Origin: Mytilus trossulus
Taxonomy: Eukaryota
NCBI RefSeq assembly: GCF_036588685.1
Contig: NC_086374.1
Span: 74,214,001-74,278,000, forward strand
DNA length: 64,000 nucleotides
Direction of reading: 5' to 3'
Positions 1 to 14,190 of the stretch are shown here, one piece after another (the first letter of the stretch is position 1; each line of letters opens with the position of its first letter). The notes under the pieces were generated by a model. The model had not been told where the DNA came from and did not search any database. It saw only the letters and a list, made by a program, of their open reading frames with translations. Position numbers and translations under genes: made by a program.

Positions 1-508
1 CTAGATTTGCATATAAAAGTTTCTTCTCTAAATAATTGCAATATTTTAAATGACTAACACTATTTAAAAATACAGAAAGACGGCTCATAAACTATACTTC
101 AACGTACAAAAGTTTGCTCAAAATCGTGTTTGTTTTGAAAACCAAACAAGCCATATTCTTCAGTCTTACAAAATGTCCCCTTATTCTACATTCAACGTTT
201 CCTTACACATTTTCTTAGATTGTGTCATCTCAGTTCAGAATGCGAAGCTTTCACACTTTGTACTTTATGCTTATCAAATTGCTCATGGATTAAGCTTTAA
301 AATGGTACCCATTGTATTGGTATAGCCGTTTAGTTAATTAATAATATTTCTATCTTTCTGAGACTTACAAAATGTCCCCTACGTCTTTTTTCGTATTTCA
401 ACGTAAATTTATCTTTTTTTAACGTCACCTTTCTTATGCCTCAATTCGACGTATTTAATTTGCGATGTGTTTTAAATTAAAGATATTTTTGCAACTGTAG
501 GTTCCATC

Positions 509-886
509 ATGAAATCAAAAGGTAAAATTGACAAAATGAAAATGTATAGAGAAAGGAAAAAACAACAAAAAAGTGAGAGAAATAAATTATACTACGAAAT
601 GAAACAAAATGAGAGAATAAAAGAATACAAAAATTCCATAGCTGCTGTAAAAAAGAGAAGACAAAGGGAAAAACACAACTCACTTAAGCAAAAAGCTGAA
701 GCTAGGAGATTAAAAAACTTGCATAATGTCAGAAGGTTTATGGAAAAAAGAAAAGGTGAAGAAAATCTTGAAATTGTAGAAATTGAAGATGTAACGAATT
801 TTACAAATAGAATGCAAAAATCCAGAGCAATGAAAACACTTAAGAGAGCACTTCCTCAGACTCCTAGAAATATATTGATATTTTGA
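509..886 (+). pseudogene. Truncated K/R-rich ORF, probably the N-terminal part of a DNA-transposon protein
   Basis: Basic coiled-coil ending RAMKTLKRALPQTPR, a pattern I associate with invertebrate DNA transposon ORFs. It breaks abruptly and is preceded by repeated CTTACAAAATGTCCCCT motifs (166, 365). Confidence 0.4.
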
Positions 887-2512
887 CGGACTCCGTAATT
901 GATTTGTCCTTGGCCATTCACGAAGAAATAATTGGACTGGCAGAGCAAAGCAGTTTATAACAGACTATTCGGAATAAAATTGACGAGTTATTTTGTCTTT
1001 GAATTGCTTTTATATTTTGTATATTTCTTAAAAAGTAAACAAACAAACATTAAAAAAAGACAAACTAAAGAAACAATTAACGTAAACTGAAAGGGAAATA
1101 AACAAAAAAAACATACAATCGAATTAAAAAACATCAAATTCAGTCTTTCAATGCCGTCGTTTTTCAACGTTTCAATTTTCCATGTAGAATACGTCGTAAT
1201 TCGACGTTACGTTTGGTGACACCAGTATCGTGCGTAACGTCACTATACTAGTACAGTATTCAACTTACTGCTGTCAAACAAACAAATTTTACAGAGCAAC
1301 TTTTGTTGAGAAGAAAACTTATTCAAATGTCAATTGTAAGATAAGACAAACCTGGAACTTATATAAATAAACCATAGAGTTTAAAACCACAACCTTGATA
1401 CAACTAAACTGAGTAAAGTATTATAGTCTCGATTCAGGAACATGTATATTGACAGTTAGATATACTGTTCCCAGCTCGATTTTAGTTGGTGGATTTTAGT
1501 TGGTTAACAGTTAAAAAAGAATCCTATTGGTGCATTCATTTGAATTGTTCAGCTGGGTCCCTACCCATCTTGATAATTAACTGCAGTACTTACAACCAAT
1601 TTTGAAAAAAATCTATTCTCTTTTATTTCTAAGCACTGAATTATAACAAAAATATCTACAAGATAGAGTTCTCAATTTACCCATTATACAGCTTCAATTT
1701 AGTGATTTATCAATCTTATTTCAACCCTCAGTGAGAAACATCCCTAAGATCCAGATGAGGTAATGTCTTTAACATAACCTGCAATTATGTGGTAATAAAA
1801 CCAGATAGGTGTTAGTTTCTATGGTCTCCGGTAAAACATTTGTTTCTTGATGAAAGGCTATTAGGGATGACTGACTAACTAAGTCTGATGGAATTCACAG
1901 GAACTCTTAAAGAAGGGAGGTAATCCAATCCTCATTAAGTTAAACCCCCATAAATAATTAAAGATCTATAACTTATTTTTGTTTTAAGTTTGGTCTTCAT
2001 TGGGAGTGCATTAGAGTGCCTTCAGTCTAAATGATAAATGTTAAGTGGTAATGTTGAAAACATGTATTTGTAATTGTTTCTGCTTTTGATAGTGAATTTT
2101 ACTAAAATAAAGATTTATTTTTGTTTTCACAAGTACCCCTAAGAGAAAATATGTTTAAGTTGTTTATATTTCTTAAGAAGTTACATGCATGTTACATGTA
2201 TTATAGAAGGTTACACAATCCAGAATTTTAATCATCAGACCTATCTGTATATATAGAGTATATATTTATACATGTGGGGGGATAGGACCTTTATCAAGAT
2301 TCTGGGATTGGGTGTTTTTAAGCTCAGGATTTCGGGATCCAGGAATTCTTTTTCAAATTTCCAGATGTCAGGAATTAAATTTATTCAAAAACAATTTAAA
2401 AAATATTTAATGATTTAATTTTATAACAGTGATGACCCCCAGGGAAAAACCCTCACTGTAAGGTGCATTTAAAAGGCCTAGCCATTGAAAGCAAGAATAT
2501 CTATATGATTAA

Positions 2513-2752
2513 AAAGAGGGAAAAAAGATACCAAAGGAACAGTCAAACTCATAAATCTAAAACAAACTGACAACGCCATGGCTAAAAATGAAAAAGACAA
2601 ACCGTCAAACAATAGTACACATGACACAACAAAGAAAACCAAAGAATAACCAACACGAACCCCACAAAAAACTAGGGGTGATCTCAGGTGCTCCGGAAGG
2701 GCAAGCAGATCCTGCTCCACATGTGGCACCTGCCGTGTTGCTTATGTGATAT
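2513..2752. repeat. Dispersed repeat fragment typical of mussel genomes
   Basis: Recognised motif AAGATACCAAAGG..CAGTCAAACTCATAAATC...CAGATCCTGCTCCACATGTGGCACC; family assignment is from memory. Confidence 0.55.
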
Positions 2753-3604
2753 CAAGGACACATGAAAATCTATAATTTGATGTTAAAGGTCAAAGTTCAT
2801 CATCAATGCTTCATCAATGTGTCATGTCTAAGTTGCCTCTCTCAAAGAATAAAACATTTATGTTTTAAGGTCAATATGTCCAAAAAAAATACTGGTATTT
2901 TCAACTTATTGACTTCAAATGTCAAGGTCCCTTGAAGGCCATGATATGCTACACACTCTTATAGTAAAACATTATTATGCAACTACCATAAGACAATGTC
3001 ATAAAATAAAGAAAGATTTAACCAGGACTAAATTGTATGTATTTTTCTATATCTTGCAAAAGTTGTGAAAGATTACTAATATGCAAAACTATGTTGGTTT
3101 GCAATAATCAATATGGTTTATTGGTTACTTTTTTTCAAAATTCTTTTCATATTTATACATTTTATTTAGCACTGAATCTGATTCCAGTTATCAACTGAAT
3201 TTATAAATATTCATAAAAGAAGATGGATATTAGTCGACAGAAAAAAAACCAAAGAAAATCTCAGTGTTACCGTTCATCAACAACATGATGTAATTGACAC
3301 ATCATAATTTTTCATTTGTATCACAAGCCTATAATTCAAAAGTTGCCAGTGTCCAATTCCTGTGATGTGAGGGGCTTGGACCCTATTAAATGTCATTCAA
3401 GATTTTGTATAGCATTAAAAAAGCTATATCCCAAATCAAATGGATAGGTTATAAAATGCACAAACAAGCTAACATCTTATTTAGATATATATATTTCAAG
3501 TTAGCTTGGAGCTAACCGGGCCATTTGCTAATCTGACCAGTTCCCAACATACATACCATTAAGCTAAGTTACAATTTATCAGATCAATTGAAGCATAAAA
3601 ATAG

Positions 3605-4230
3605 ATAAAGGAAGATGTGGTATGAGTGCCAATGAGACATTGAACTCTCCATCCAAATGACAATTTATAAAAGTAAACCATTATAGGTCAATGTACAGCC
3701 TTCTACATGTAGCCTTCGCTCACACCGAACAACAAGCTATAAAGGGCCCCAAAAAAACATTCAAACAGGAAAACCAACGGTCTAATCTCAATAAAAAATT
3801 TAAAAAACGAGAAACAAGAAACACATATAAATTACATAAACAAACGACAACTACTGTACATCAGATTCCTGACTTAGGACAGGTGCAAACATTTTAAGCA
3901 GGACTAAACGATTTAATGGTACCAAACCTTCTCCCTTTTCCTGAAACAATAGCACAACATCACAACATAAAAAAACACACGATAAAATATCAATTGGTAG
4001 GCTTAACTCAATAAAAAAAACGTAAATCAACACACTATGAACGAATAAATTTGATCTGCGATATCTGAATTCAAATGCACAGTTAATAAAATATAAGGGA
4101 CAAACATTCAAGACCAAAAAGCAAACAAACAAGCCTAAACAAAGCCATTGCAAGACACCACTGCGAAATATTTCACCCTTCAAAAAAAAGGCACATTTTT
4201 GATAAATATCTAAAGATTGATCCAAACAAA
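3605..4230. repeat. Dispersed SINE-like repeat
   Basis: GAAGATGTGGTATGAGTGCCAATGAGACA motif, with related fragments at ~28850-28990, 31960-32110, 33600-33750, 35575-35720, 47135-47190 and 54240-54290. Confidence 0.6.
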
Positions 4231-7200
4231 GAAAAACCTCAGAATTGATGGCACCTGATACATAGAAACAAAGAAATAAAGTTTCTACAGAAAACTCTCT
4301 TTTTTGGCATTTTTATGTTTTAGTCACAAAGTTTACACGGTTATGAACAACAAAATTTGAAATCTCATGAACAAATATAGCAAAACTTTACAAAAAGTTA
4401 ACAAAAAATGTGTCAAAAGAACTATGTAGAAAAAAACAAAAAAAACAACCCAATTTAATTGCAAAAATTTGATTTTCTTTTATAGAGAAATGATAAGACT
4501 TACCCATATCCACCACCCCAGTCAAAGATAAAGTTGTCCATTGTTTTCACCACTGTATTCAAATGTTCAGTAAGCAACTTTTCTCAACTTCACCAAGTTT
4601 TTTCATATATCAAAATTACCAAAAATCCATTAGAATATTAAAAGCAAGCCTCTAATTCAGCCAATTACAATTTTACATTTGAGAGCTCATCTGTCAATTT
4701 CAATTCCCTTGTCTACTAAGTTTATATTTCCTTGTTATGTCTTGAAGTAATTATTTCATCATTTGAAGCTCCTTATCTTCTAATTTTCTCAAATCAGCTG
4801 TCTTACTCATTAATGAAATAACATGTTCATTTTTTCTCCAGATGATAATTAACAATTCTATACAGTATCCTCACTCAACGCTTTTTATAATATATAATGC
4901 CTATATCCATATGAAAGATGTTACTGGTGAAAGCTACACTTTGTTTATTCTTTGGGTGGCAGTCTAAGAGCATACAAAAATCTTCCATAAACAAAGATTT
5001 TATTTTTTACAGAAATCTATTAGCTTCCTGTAAACAAATGTTTCTGTCGGACTTCCTTTTTAAAGATTTTACTTTAATAAGAGACATTCTCCACTTTACT
5101 AATTATGTGCACCTTATAGTATGAGAAAAAAACCTCTAAAGCCATAAACAAAATTTCTCTGGTACATTAAATCAACAAAACACAGAATTCATTTTTTTTC
5201 CCATAATAACTGCATAGATACTATTTCAAATAAATGCAAGACAATATTTATACATCTTTTAACTAAAGCATTTAAAGCATCAGATTTCTTTTACTTAAAT
5301 TATCTGAGTCAAATTTATGATGGTCAATTAAATGTTTTAAGATAAAGTCTGCAGTCTACATAATATTATTTACACAGATCAACAAAAAATCTTTAATCAT
5401 TTCTTAAAAAAACTTCATATTTATTAACTTTAGAGATAAAATTCATATTTTCCCATCAATTAAACAGTAGTTAATTATGTTTAATTTATATTTTCTTATC
5501 TAAGCAACCCATATTGTCTATCAATCATTTTTCATTTTAGTTAATTTTGAAACACATTTAATCAGTCAAGATTTTACCAGCCAATAAAAGCATTTGAACT
5601 ATAGCATTCGAAAAGATAGTATGAAATACTCTAGGCGCTAGAATTAATTGAAATTCCCATAAAGTGGAAAATGCATCTGTTTCCTCAATCTACTAATGAA
5701 TAAAGATGCTCAAATTGTTGCACAATCCTTGACACAAGATGAAAAAATTTGTTGACATTGCTCAGCATACCGTAATTGTATCACTTTGTCAGATTTTTTT
5801 TCTTCCTGGAATATGACAGATATGCTTTAAAGAAAACAATAACAGTCGCATAACAACATGTGCAAATCTCTTTGCAGGATATAAAATAGATTGAACATCT
5901 GCAGTATAAAAAGGTACTATCTTATAACTTGATATTATACTGTCCTCTTATATTCCTATTCTGTTTTAATGTGCACCAGATTATATAATATCCCATATTT
6001 TTTCATCAAATTCAAATCCTATTGAATTGCAATTTTTTTTCCTCTCACAGATGTACACAAGTTCAAAAACTTTTATTATTCAAACATCTTTCCTCTGATT
6101 TGTTTATACCACATTGACAGAACAAGTTCCATTTTAAATGCCAATCTGAAGACAAGTATAACATTCTTCAAATGCAATTCGGTTAAAAGAAAAAGAATGG
6201 AATGTGATCCTTCATTCCTTCATTAGATCTTTAGATACAATTTAAATTACGGTAATTGCAAACTAACATCCTTTGTGAACTGAACCACAAAAATATGTAG
6301 GTTTCAAATGAGAATTTTACATGTGTACCAGATGAATTAAGCCAAAAACTGACAATATGATATTTCAGGTGAAAAGAAATGAATTAATAAGGCAAAAATC
6401 AACATAGACATAAATTTACATGACCTCCTTAAGTAAGCATTGTAGTAAATACTCAAGAAATAGGTGTTTGCATACTGATTTTAAACTCTTTATTTACCAT
6501 TTATTTAATCATTCAAACTCATGAGAAATTTCTTAACAAGTCAAACGGTATATTTTTTATGGTTTCTTAAAGCCATCATCTTTTTATAGATACAATCAAT
6601 TATAAACATAGCTGTTCAAACACCATTAAGGTGACAGAAAGGTTGTAGTTGTTTAATTTGGTTTTTAAAGGAAGCGTTGCTCAAAAGGATTACAGTAAAT
6701 TCTATGTACTCAATTTATACAATGGAAATTATAAAGGAATTTATTCATCAACCAAAATATATTAATTGCTCTATTTGATAAAGTTTATAAAGCTTATCCA
6801 ATTAAAATGCACATACTTTGAAAAAGTTTTGAAATAATATGTCACAATAGCTCATTCATAATTGCATCCATGTGCAACAGTTACTTCCCTTGAAATGGTA
6901 CATTTGTTTATTTTGATCACATAGAGGGATCCAGGGGGCCCTGTGGGGGGGGACTGGTCCCTTCTGTTTTGTGGGGAAAATTTGGTGGATTAAAAAGGGA
7001 ATCAATGAAGCATGACTGGAGCAGGCCCCTCTAAGGTCAGTCAGCAGTCCCCCCCCCCCCCTGAAAGGTCTGCATCCTCCACACACTGGATGGATTGATT
7101 GTTGGTGTTTAAAGCAATCTTCTAGCTATATGATGGCAGTCAGTTTTCATTGACGGAGGAAGCCTGGGAACCTTCAGCAAGAAGACTGGAAGTAATGTAC

Positions 7201-7979
7201 AATTTGATATTTGGTTTAATTGCATTAAGTTAAAACATCACTTTTCAAATATTCTGATCATCAGGCAGATTTCATGCAATCACTGTGAATGCAATACTGC
7301 AAAACTTAACCTATTAATTACTGCAAACTGAACCTATAAATTACTGCACATTCAAATTTGTAATTAACTTCATGCTTGTGTTCTCTATATTAAACATCTT
7401 GTGAAATCCTATTTTGACAGTCACAAATAACATGACATCAATGTAGTAGTATACATCTCTTCTAATTTCAAAACGTAGTGATTTATGGTTTTAGGTGTTT
7501 CCTTCTTTCTTAGGAAAGATTTTTAGAAGTTGCTTTTCCAAAAATGCAACAATTGCATAATAACGTACGTCTACATTATTTGTGCAATCTTCCTATGAAA
7601 TTTAAGGGATCTGGGTTGAGAACTGTAAGAAGAGTTGATTACACAATATCAGGTATCATTTTTCTCTGTCTGACCTACATTGCCACGTGAGTATATGCCA
7701 GTTTTGGAACTTCATTCAAACCAGTCTATCTTCAACACAGTATAAAGGAAACCAAAAAAATAAAAACATCAAAAAGTCAAATTTCAGCATTTAAGTGCAG
7801 CAGTTGTCTATTCATCCTCTACATCAACACACAGATAGACATGTGCATCAATTTATATACCACACCCTTTCAGAATTTAGTAGAAACAAGATAAACCAGA
7901 AGGCTGATCAAATGTCTGCCTTCAAGCTTGAAATGTCAATTTTGTACAATATTTTTGTTATGTAGTAGTAGTTGTTTCA

Positions 7980-8870
7980 AAATCCCTAAACCCTTTGGTA
8001 AATCCCAATCCCTTAACCCATTTGTATATATCCCATCCCTAAACCCTTTGGTGAATCTCAATCTCATAACCCATTTGTGGATCCCAATCCCTAAACCTTT
8101 TGGTGAATCCCAATCCCTAAACCCCTTTGATGGACCCCCAATCCCTTTACCCTTAACTCTTAACTCTTTGGTAAATCCCTGGCAATCCCTAAATCCTTTT
8201 GTTTATCCTAATCTCTAAACCCTTTGGTGGATTCCAATTCCTAAATCCTTTTGTTGATCCCAATCTCTAAACCCTTTGGTGGATTCCAATCCCTAAATCC
8301 TTTTGTGGATCCCAATCTCTAAAACCTTTGGTGGATTCCAATCCCTAAATCCTTTTGTGGATCCCAATCTCTAAACTCTTTTGTAAATCCCAATTCCTTA
8401 ACCCTTTTGTGGATTCTTATCTCTTAAACCCTTTTGTGGATCCCAATCTCTAAACCCTGTTGTGGATCCCAATCTCTAAACCCTTTGGTGAATTTAAGTC
8501 CCTAAACCCTTTGGTGAATCTAAGTCCCTAAACCCTTTGAGGATGCCCGATCCCTTTAACCTTAAGTGGATCCAAATCCCTTAACTGTTTGGTAGATCCC
8601 AATCCCTAAATCCTTTGGTAGATCCTCATCTCTAAAACCTTTGGTGGATTCCAATCCCTAAACCCTTTAGTGGATCCCAATCTCTAAACCGTTTTGTAAA
8701 TCCCAATTCCTAAACCCTTTGGTGGATCCGAATCCCTCACCTTTTAGTGAATCCCAATCCCTTAACTTGTTGATGGATCTTATCCCTTAACCCTTTGGTG
8801 GCTCCATATCCATTCACCATTTGGTGACTCCGAAACCCTTTACTCTGATGAATCCAAATCCCTTACCCCT
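7980..8870. repeat. ~30-bp minisatellite (GGTGGATCCCAATCCCTAAACCCTTT-like), degenerate
   Basis: Directly visible tandem units. Confidence 0.93.
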
Positions 8871-11800
8871 TAAATCAATGCTTACTTAATGACATTCTCT
8901 ACAAAATGATATCACATTTAAAACATTGACCCTAACATAAAGGTATGTGTATGTAATTGATATTATAATACATAAAGGGAGTTAACAAAAGACTTCAGAG
9001 ATTAGGTGAAAAAGATAAAAAATTGACAATAGCTATAAATTTTTATTAAGTAATCTTATATTCAGTTTGGGTAAAGTTAACCTAGATGATATGGGACACT
9101 AAAATTTGGGATTAGAGTTCTATCTTTACTAAATCTTTACTGAGATGAACTTATCTTTAAATGAAAAAAATGAGCCTTCAAAACTGTACAAGATAAAACA
9201 GAAAAAAGATGATGTTTTAACAACAAGCCATTTGTTACATTGAAACATTATATGGAAATCTGCACGTATTGCAGCATATGTAATACATCAATTTAAATAA
9301 GTGAATGCAAAGGGGCTTTTGGACAGAAGCCCCCTTCCCCTCCAAATCAACTCTCATTTCTTTTAGTATTATAAATAAACATTGAGTGAACATAAACATG
9401 CTTCACATAGGAAAGAATCTGAAAGTACAAAGTATCTTCATTGAAGAAGCTAGAACCTAGAGAAAATAATCAAAAGTATGATGGAAAAGGGGGGAGTTTA
9501 TAGAACCTGTGTATGTGAAAGAATGGAGAAAACTTCCTCCCTTCCATAATATTTATTCTTCAGAGTAATTTATTTTCCCTTTCTGAATTCCTTTGTTGAT
9601 TTTTTGAATTACCATCATCCAAATAACAAACCATGATAATTATATTGCAATTACAACTCAAGGTTATGTAATATAAGAAATACAATTCAAAGTTTTCTTC
9701 TGGCATTTACATGTTTACTTAAAAAACACACACATATAAAGCGTAACAGAATTTTGATTTTTCTTATAGTTCATAAATTTCAGTTTGTATAACCTTGATT
9801 TCAATAACCCCCCTCCTCATCGACATATTTATATGCTGTAACTTCAAAAAGAACATTATCATCTAAGAAAAATGAACTAATTGATGTGAGGATATCCGGC
9901 ACAATGATTAAAACTCTACTGAAAGAAAACATTACCACAAACAAGGAGGATAATTATTTACTAGCTGATGTGTTTAATGCTGATTAAATTCTAACCTATA
10001 GTATGTTGTAGAAACATCAACAACTTATAAATCAGTGCATGATTATAATTAACTTAAAACTTAATGTATGCACATGTCTGTATTACTGCTGATCAATATC
10101 TACAAACAGTGCACTAAGTAATCACTTATCATACTTTCATTGGACTTTCATTGGACAAATTTACAATGACAGAAACATGCATGTTGTTTGGTGTCCAGTG
10201 GCAAATAATACATGTATATTTAGGACCATAACATGAATATATTGATTCTGAGTTGGTTGATTTTTTCTCATGTAAGTTCACAATATGATCAATGATAAAG
10301 GTTTTTCTAGGAAGGAAGTCTCAGTATTCTCTTCAGCTGTTACTCTGGCATCCTGCCAATCTGATTGAAATACAAGGAGTAAGACAAGGGTGGACACTGG
10401 ATCTGTATTTGAGGTCAGACTGGCTTCCTACACCAAGCATGAAGCATAGATTTGACAAGTAAACCAAAGGTCCTATTTCTTAAATGGTTGTTATTTAAAT
10501 TTCTTCAGTTTTGCTCAAGCTCAAAAACATGAAAAGTAACATGGAAGATAATTTTTCCATTAGAATTCATAACTATGACACTATTTTCCATAAGAATTCA
10601 TAACTATGATATGATTTTCCATAAGAATTCAAATCTTGCCAACATACCTTGATAATTCCATGCTGTTATCTTGCATGTGAACAATCCAAATTGAACCATT
10701 TGACACCTAATATTACAACTTGACCCTAGATTACACCTAATCTTATACTAGGGATTATAAAGTGCAATTAAACATTAATTTTGCAAGGTTAAGTATTCAT
10801 TATAAGACTTGATCTATATCATATTTACAAATAGTGATTTTTTTCTGCTTTTAGAATCAAATACTAGATCCATTTTCACTATGGTAATGATTTTGACCTG
10901 ACTTAATTAGATTGCAGAGAGGGAGTCCATGTTAAGTCAGTGATCTAGACAGCAGTACATCTAAGTTTAACTTGGCAACCTCTTAGGGTTTGCCAATGTT
11001 ATGGAAGGGCTGATGAGTCCAATGTATATCAGGTTTTTTATGGGTCATCTTTTCTTCATGATTTAAAAGCACTATAATTGTATTGCAAAAATGAGAGATT
11101 GGCATTCCTGCTTTTCCAGATAGAACCCTTAGAAAACACCTTCTAATTTTCCAGATAAATGCCTCAAAATTTGAATCCATGCTCCGATAATTTGAACTGC
11201 TAGTACTTTGATACAGTGGTCTATGAGATACCTTTCTTTTAATAGGCCATTCCCTTTGGGAAACCACATGACACTGCTGTTAGTTTAACTAAGCATGTTT
11301 CAAAAGGATTTAGTAATAGAAAAAACAGTTATTGGTGAGACAAGACAGAATCTTTACAGTATGCTTGAATAAGTATCTTTCACTGAGTACCAATAAAGGC
11401 AACAGTAGTATACCGCTGTTCAAAACTCGTAAATTGATGGACAAAAAACAAAATTGGGTAACAAACTAACACTGAGGGAAACACATTAAATATAATATAC
11501 CAATATCAGTTGATCTTGTCCATTTAGAAACCACACTTTAAAACAAAATATAATTTTTTTCTATATATTCCAGTGCAATATTAAATATTTTAAAAACATT
11601 CAATCATAAATATCCTTGAACAAACAATTTTTCTTCAATCCACAAAAATTGGTATCCACGAAAAATATCTGAATCCAGTCTGTTAAAATTGGTTCTTACC
11701 TTTCCTTCTTTGTACAAGCAAACCTTTTAACAATGACAACGTAATATTTCAAAAAATTATCTATATTAATTTATATCTGAACAAAGACATTTATAATCCA

Positions 11801-12072
11801 TTCTAATATTAATAAATAATTCACTTTTATTAGTTATAATAATTGTCATTCTGTGTATTGATATTTAAGTGTAATATGTTAGTATTGGGTTTAATGACCA
11901 TAAAATAGCATGATTTCTAGCCTATTATCAGACTATGTAAATATTCACATCTTTTTTTAGAAATATTCTGATAACATTGATATTACACCTACTAAGCTGT
12001 CTTAAAAAGCTTGACCCAGTGAGTACACAGAACAAGTGCAGACCGATGCAATAGTTGTGATAAAAAATAAGC

Positions 12073-13095
12073 CCCTCCCAGAATGATTATAGTAAATAAG
12101 TTGCACCCCTCCCAGAATGATTATAGTCACGGAATAAGTTGCACCTCTCCCAGAATGATTATACTAAATAAGTTGCACCCCTCCCAGAATGATAATAGTC
12201 ATGAAATAAGTTGCACCCCTCCCAGAATGATTATAGTAAATAAGTTGTACCCTTCCCAGAATGATTATAGTCACGGAATAAGTTGCACCCCTCCCAGAAT
12301 GATTATACTAAATAAGTTGCACCCCTCTCAGAATGATTATAGTAAATAAGTTGTACCCTTCCCAGAATGATTATAGTCAGGGAATAAGTTGCACCCCTCC
12401 CAGAATGATTATAGTCACGGAATAAGTTGCACCCCTCCCAGAATGATTATAGTCACGGAATAAGTTGCACCTTTCCCAGAATGATTTTACTAAATAAGTT
12501 GTACCCTTCTTAGAATGATTATAGTCAGGGAATAAGTTGCACCCCTCCCAGAATGATTATAGTCACGGAATAAGTTGCACCCCTCCCAGAATGATTATAG
12601 TCACGGAATAAGTTGCACCCCTCCCAGAATGATTATAGACACGGAATAAGTTGCACCCCTCCAAGAATGATTATAGTCACGGAATAAGTTGCACCCCTCC
12701 CAGAATGATTTTACTAAATAAGTTGTACCCTTCCCAGAATGATTATAGTCAGGGAATAAGTTGCACCCCTCCCAGAATGATTATAGTCACGGAATAAGTT
12801 GCACCCCTCCCAGAATGATTATACACACGGAATAAGTTGCACCCCTCCCAGAATGATTATAGTCACGGAATAAGTTGCACCTCTCCCAGAATGATTTTAC
12901 TAAATAAGTTGCACCCCTCTCAGAATGATTATAGGCATGGAATAAGTTGCACCTCTCCCAGAATGATTATAGTCACGAAATAAGTTGCACCTCTCCCAGA
13001 ATGATTATAGTAAATAAGTTGCACCCCTCTCAGAATAATTATAGGCATGGAATAAGTTGCACCTCTCCCAGAATGATTATACTAAATAAGTTGCA
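12073..13095. repeat. Minisatellite with 38-bp and 34-bp unit variants (CCCAGAATGATTATAGTCACGGAATAAGTTGCACCCCT)
   Basis: Directly visible, highly homogeneous tandem units. Confidence 0.96.
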
Positions 13096-13804
13096 GAGTT
13101 CATTTAATTAATTGATTGGTGCTTACTTTACATCAAGTGACAAATAGTTCATGCACAATCAGGAGGAAACATACATGGAACAGTTAGGGTAGGTTCTACA
13201 AAGGGGTCAGGTGGAATGAAGGTAAGAGGAGCTTCACTTGGTAGAAAATTATTTCAAGGATTCTAGAACATGCAGAAGGCAGAACTCTACCAACACTGGT
13301 CATCAGCAAGTTAACATTCAAATTAACAAAATTTGAAGAAAAAAATCAAATCTATAGCAAGTTTGTAAAAATTTCTACTTATTATTTATAATGGGCCAAT
13401 GGAATCTTTTAAAAATTATCCAAAATATTAGTGATGGCTCTTTGACTGACTGCAAAAGATTATCATAAAGACTGCATAAGGATGTTAAAAACTACTAAAA
13501 TTACCTTAAGAGTGACTGTGTCCAAGATTATTTCAAATCAGTAATTAGTCCAATGGTTGACTAAAGGAATGTTTTATAAAGTTTCTGGACAAAGACAAAT
13601 TCAGTATTGTGATTAAAGGTCACTACACTTCTGGGTCAAGTGAACTAGTTATGAAGATTTGATCTGTCACTTCACAGTTTAAGTGGATCTATGATTATAA
13701 TACACATAACAGATATTTCAACATCATGTTGTGACAGAAAAAAAACAGACTCTGCAAAATGTATACTCATTTAATTATATAGTAGGGTACCATACAGACT
13801 CGGA

Positions 13805-14190
13805 CTTCTCTTGAACTGAATTTTAATGTGGATATTGTTATGTGTTTACTTTTCTACATTGGCTAAAGGTATAGGGGGAGGGTTGAGATCTCATAAACGT
13901 GTTTAACCCTGCCACAATTTTGCGCCTGTCCCAAGTCAGGAGCCTCTGGCCTTTGTTAGTCTTGTATGATTTTTAATTTTAGTTTCTTGTGTATAATTGG
14001 GAGTTTAGTATGACGTCCATTATCACTGTACTAGTATACATATTTTAAGAGGCCAGCTGAAGGACACCTACGCGTGCAGGAGTTTCTCGCTTCATTGAAG
14101 ACCTATTGGTGGCCTTCGGCTGCTGTCTGCTCTATGGTCAGGTTGTTGTCCCCTTGAAACATTCCCCATTTCCTTTCTCAATTTTATAGT
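13805..14190. repeat. Dispersed SINE-like repeat; second copy at ~34487-34790
   Basis: Two related copies in the window share GGTTGAGATCT...CTGTCCCAAGTCAGGAGCC...TCTGCTCTATGGTC. Confidence 0.75.

Noticed and set aside
2478-4225. ORFs 2478-2729, 3691-3897 and 3851-4225 as genes
   Set aside because: They lie within dispersed repeats and have no recognisable domains.
7928-8870. Interstitial telomere or proline-rich protein
   Set aside because: CCCTAA occurs only as isolated cores within 30-bp units; the ORF is a repeat translation.
10983-11267. 94-aa minus-strand ORF as an exon
   Set aside because: No recognisable motif, non-ATG start, and no partner exons found.
12073-13095. CRISPR array or coding repeat (ORF 12083-12349)
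   Set aside because: Head-to-tail minisatellite without spacers; the ORF is a by-product of the 72-bp dimer period.
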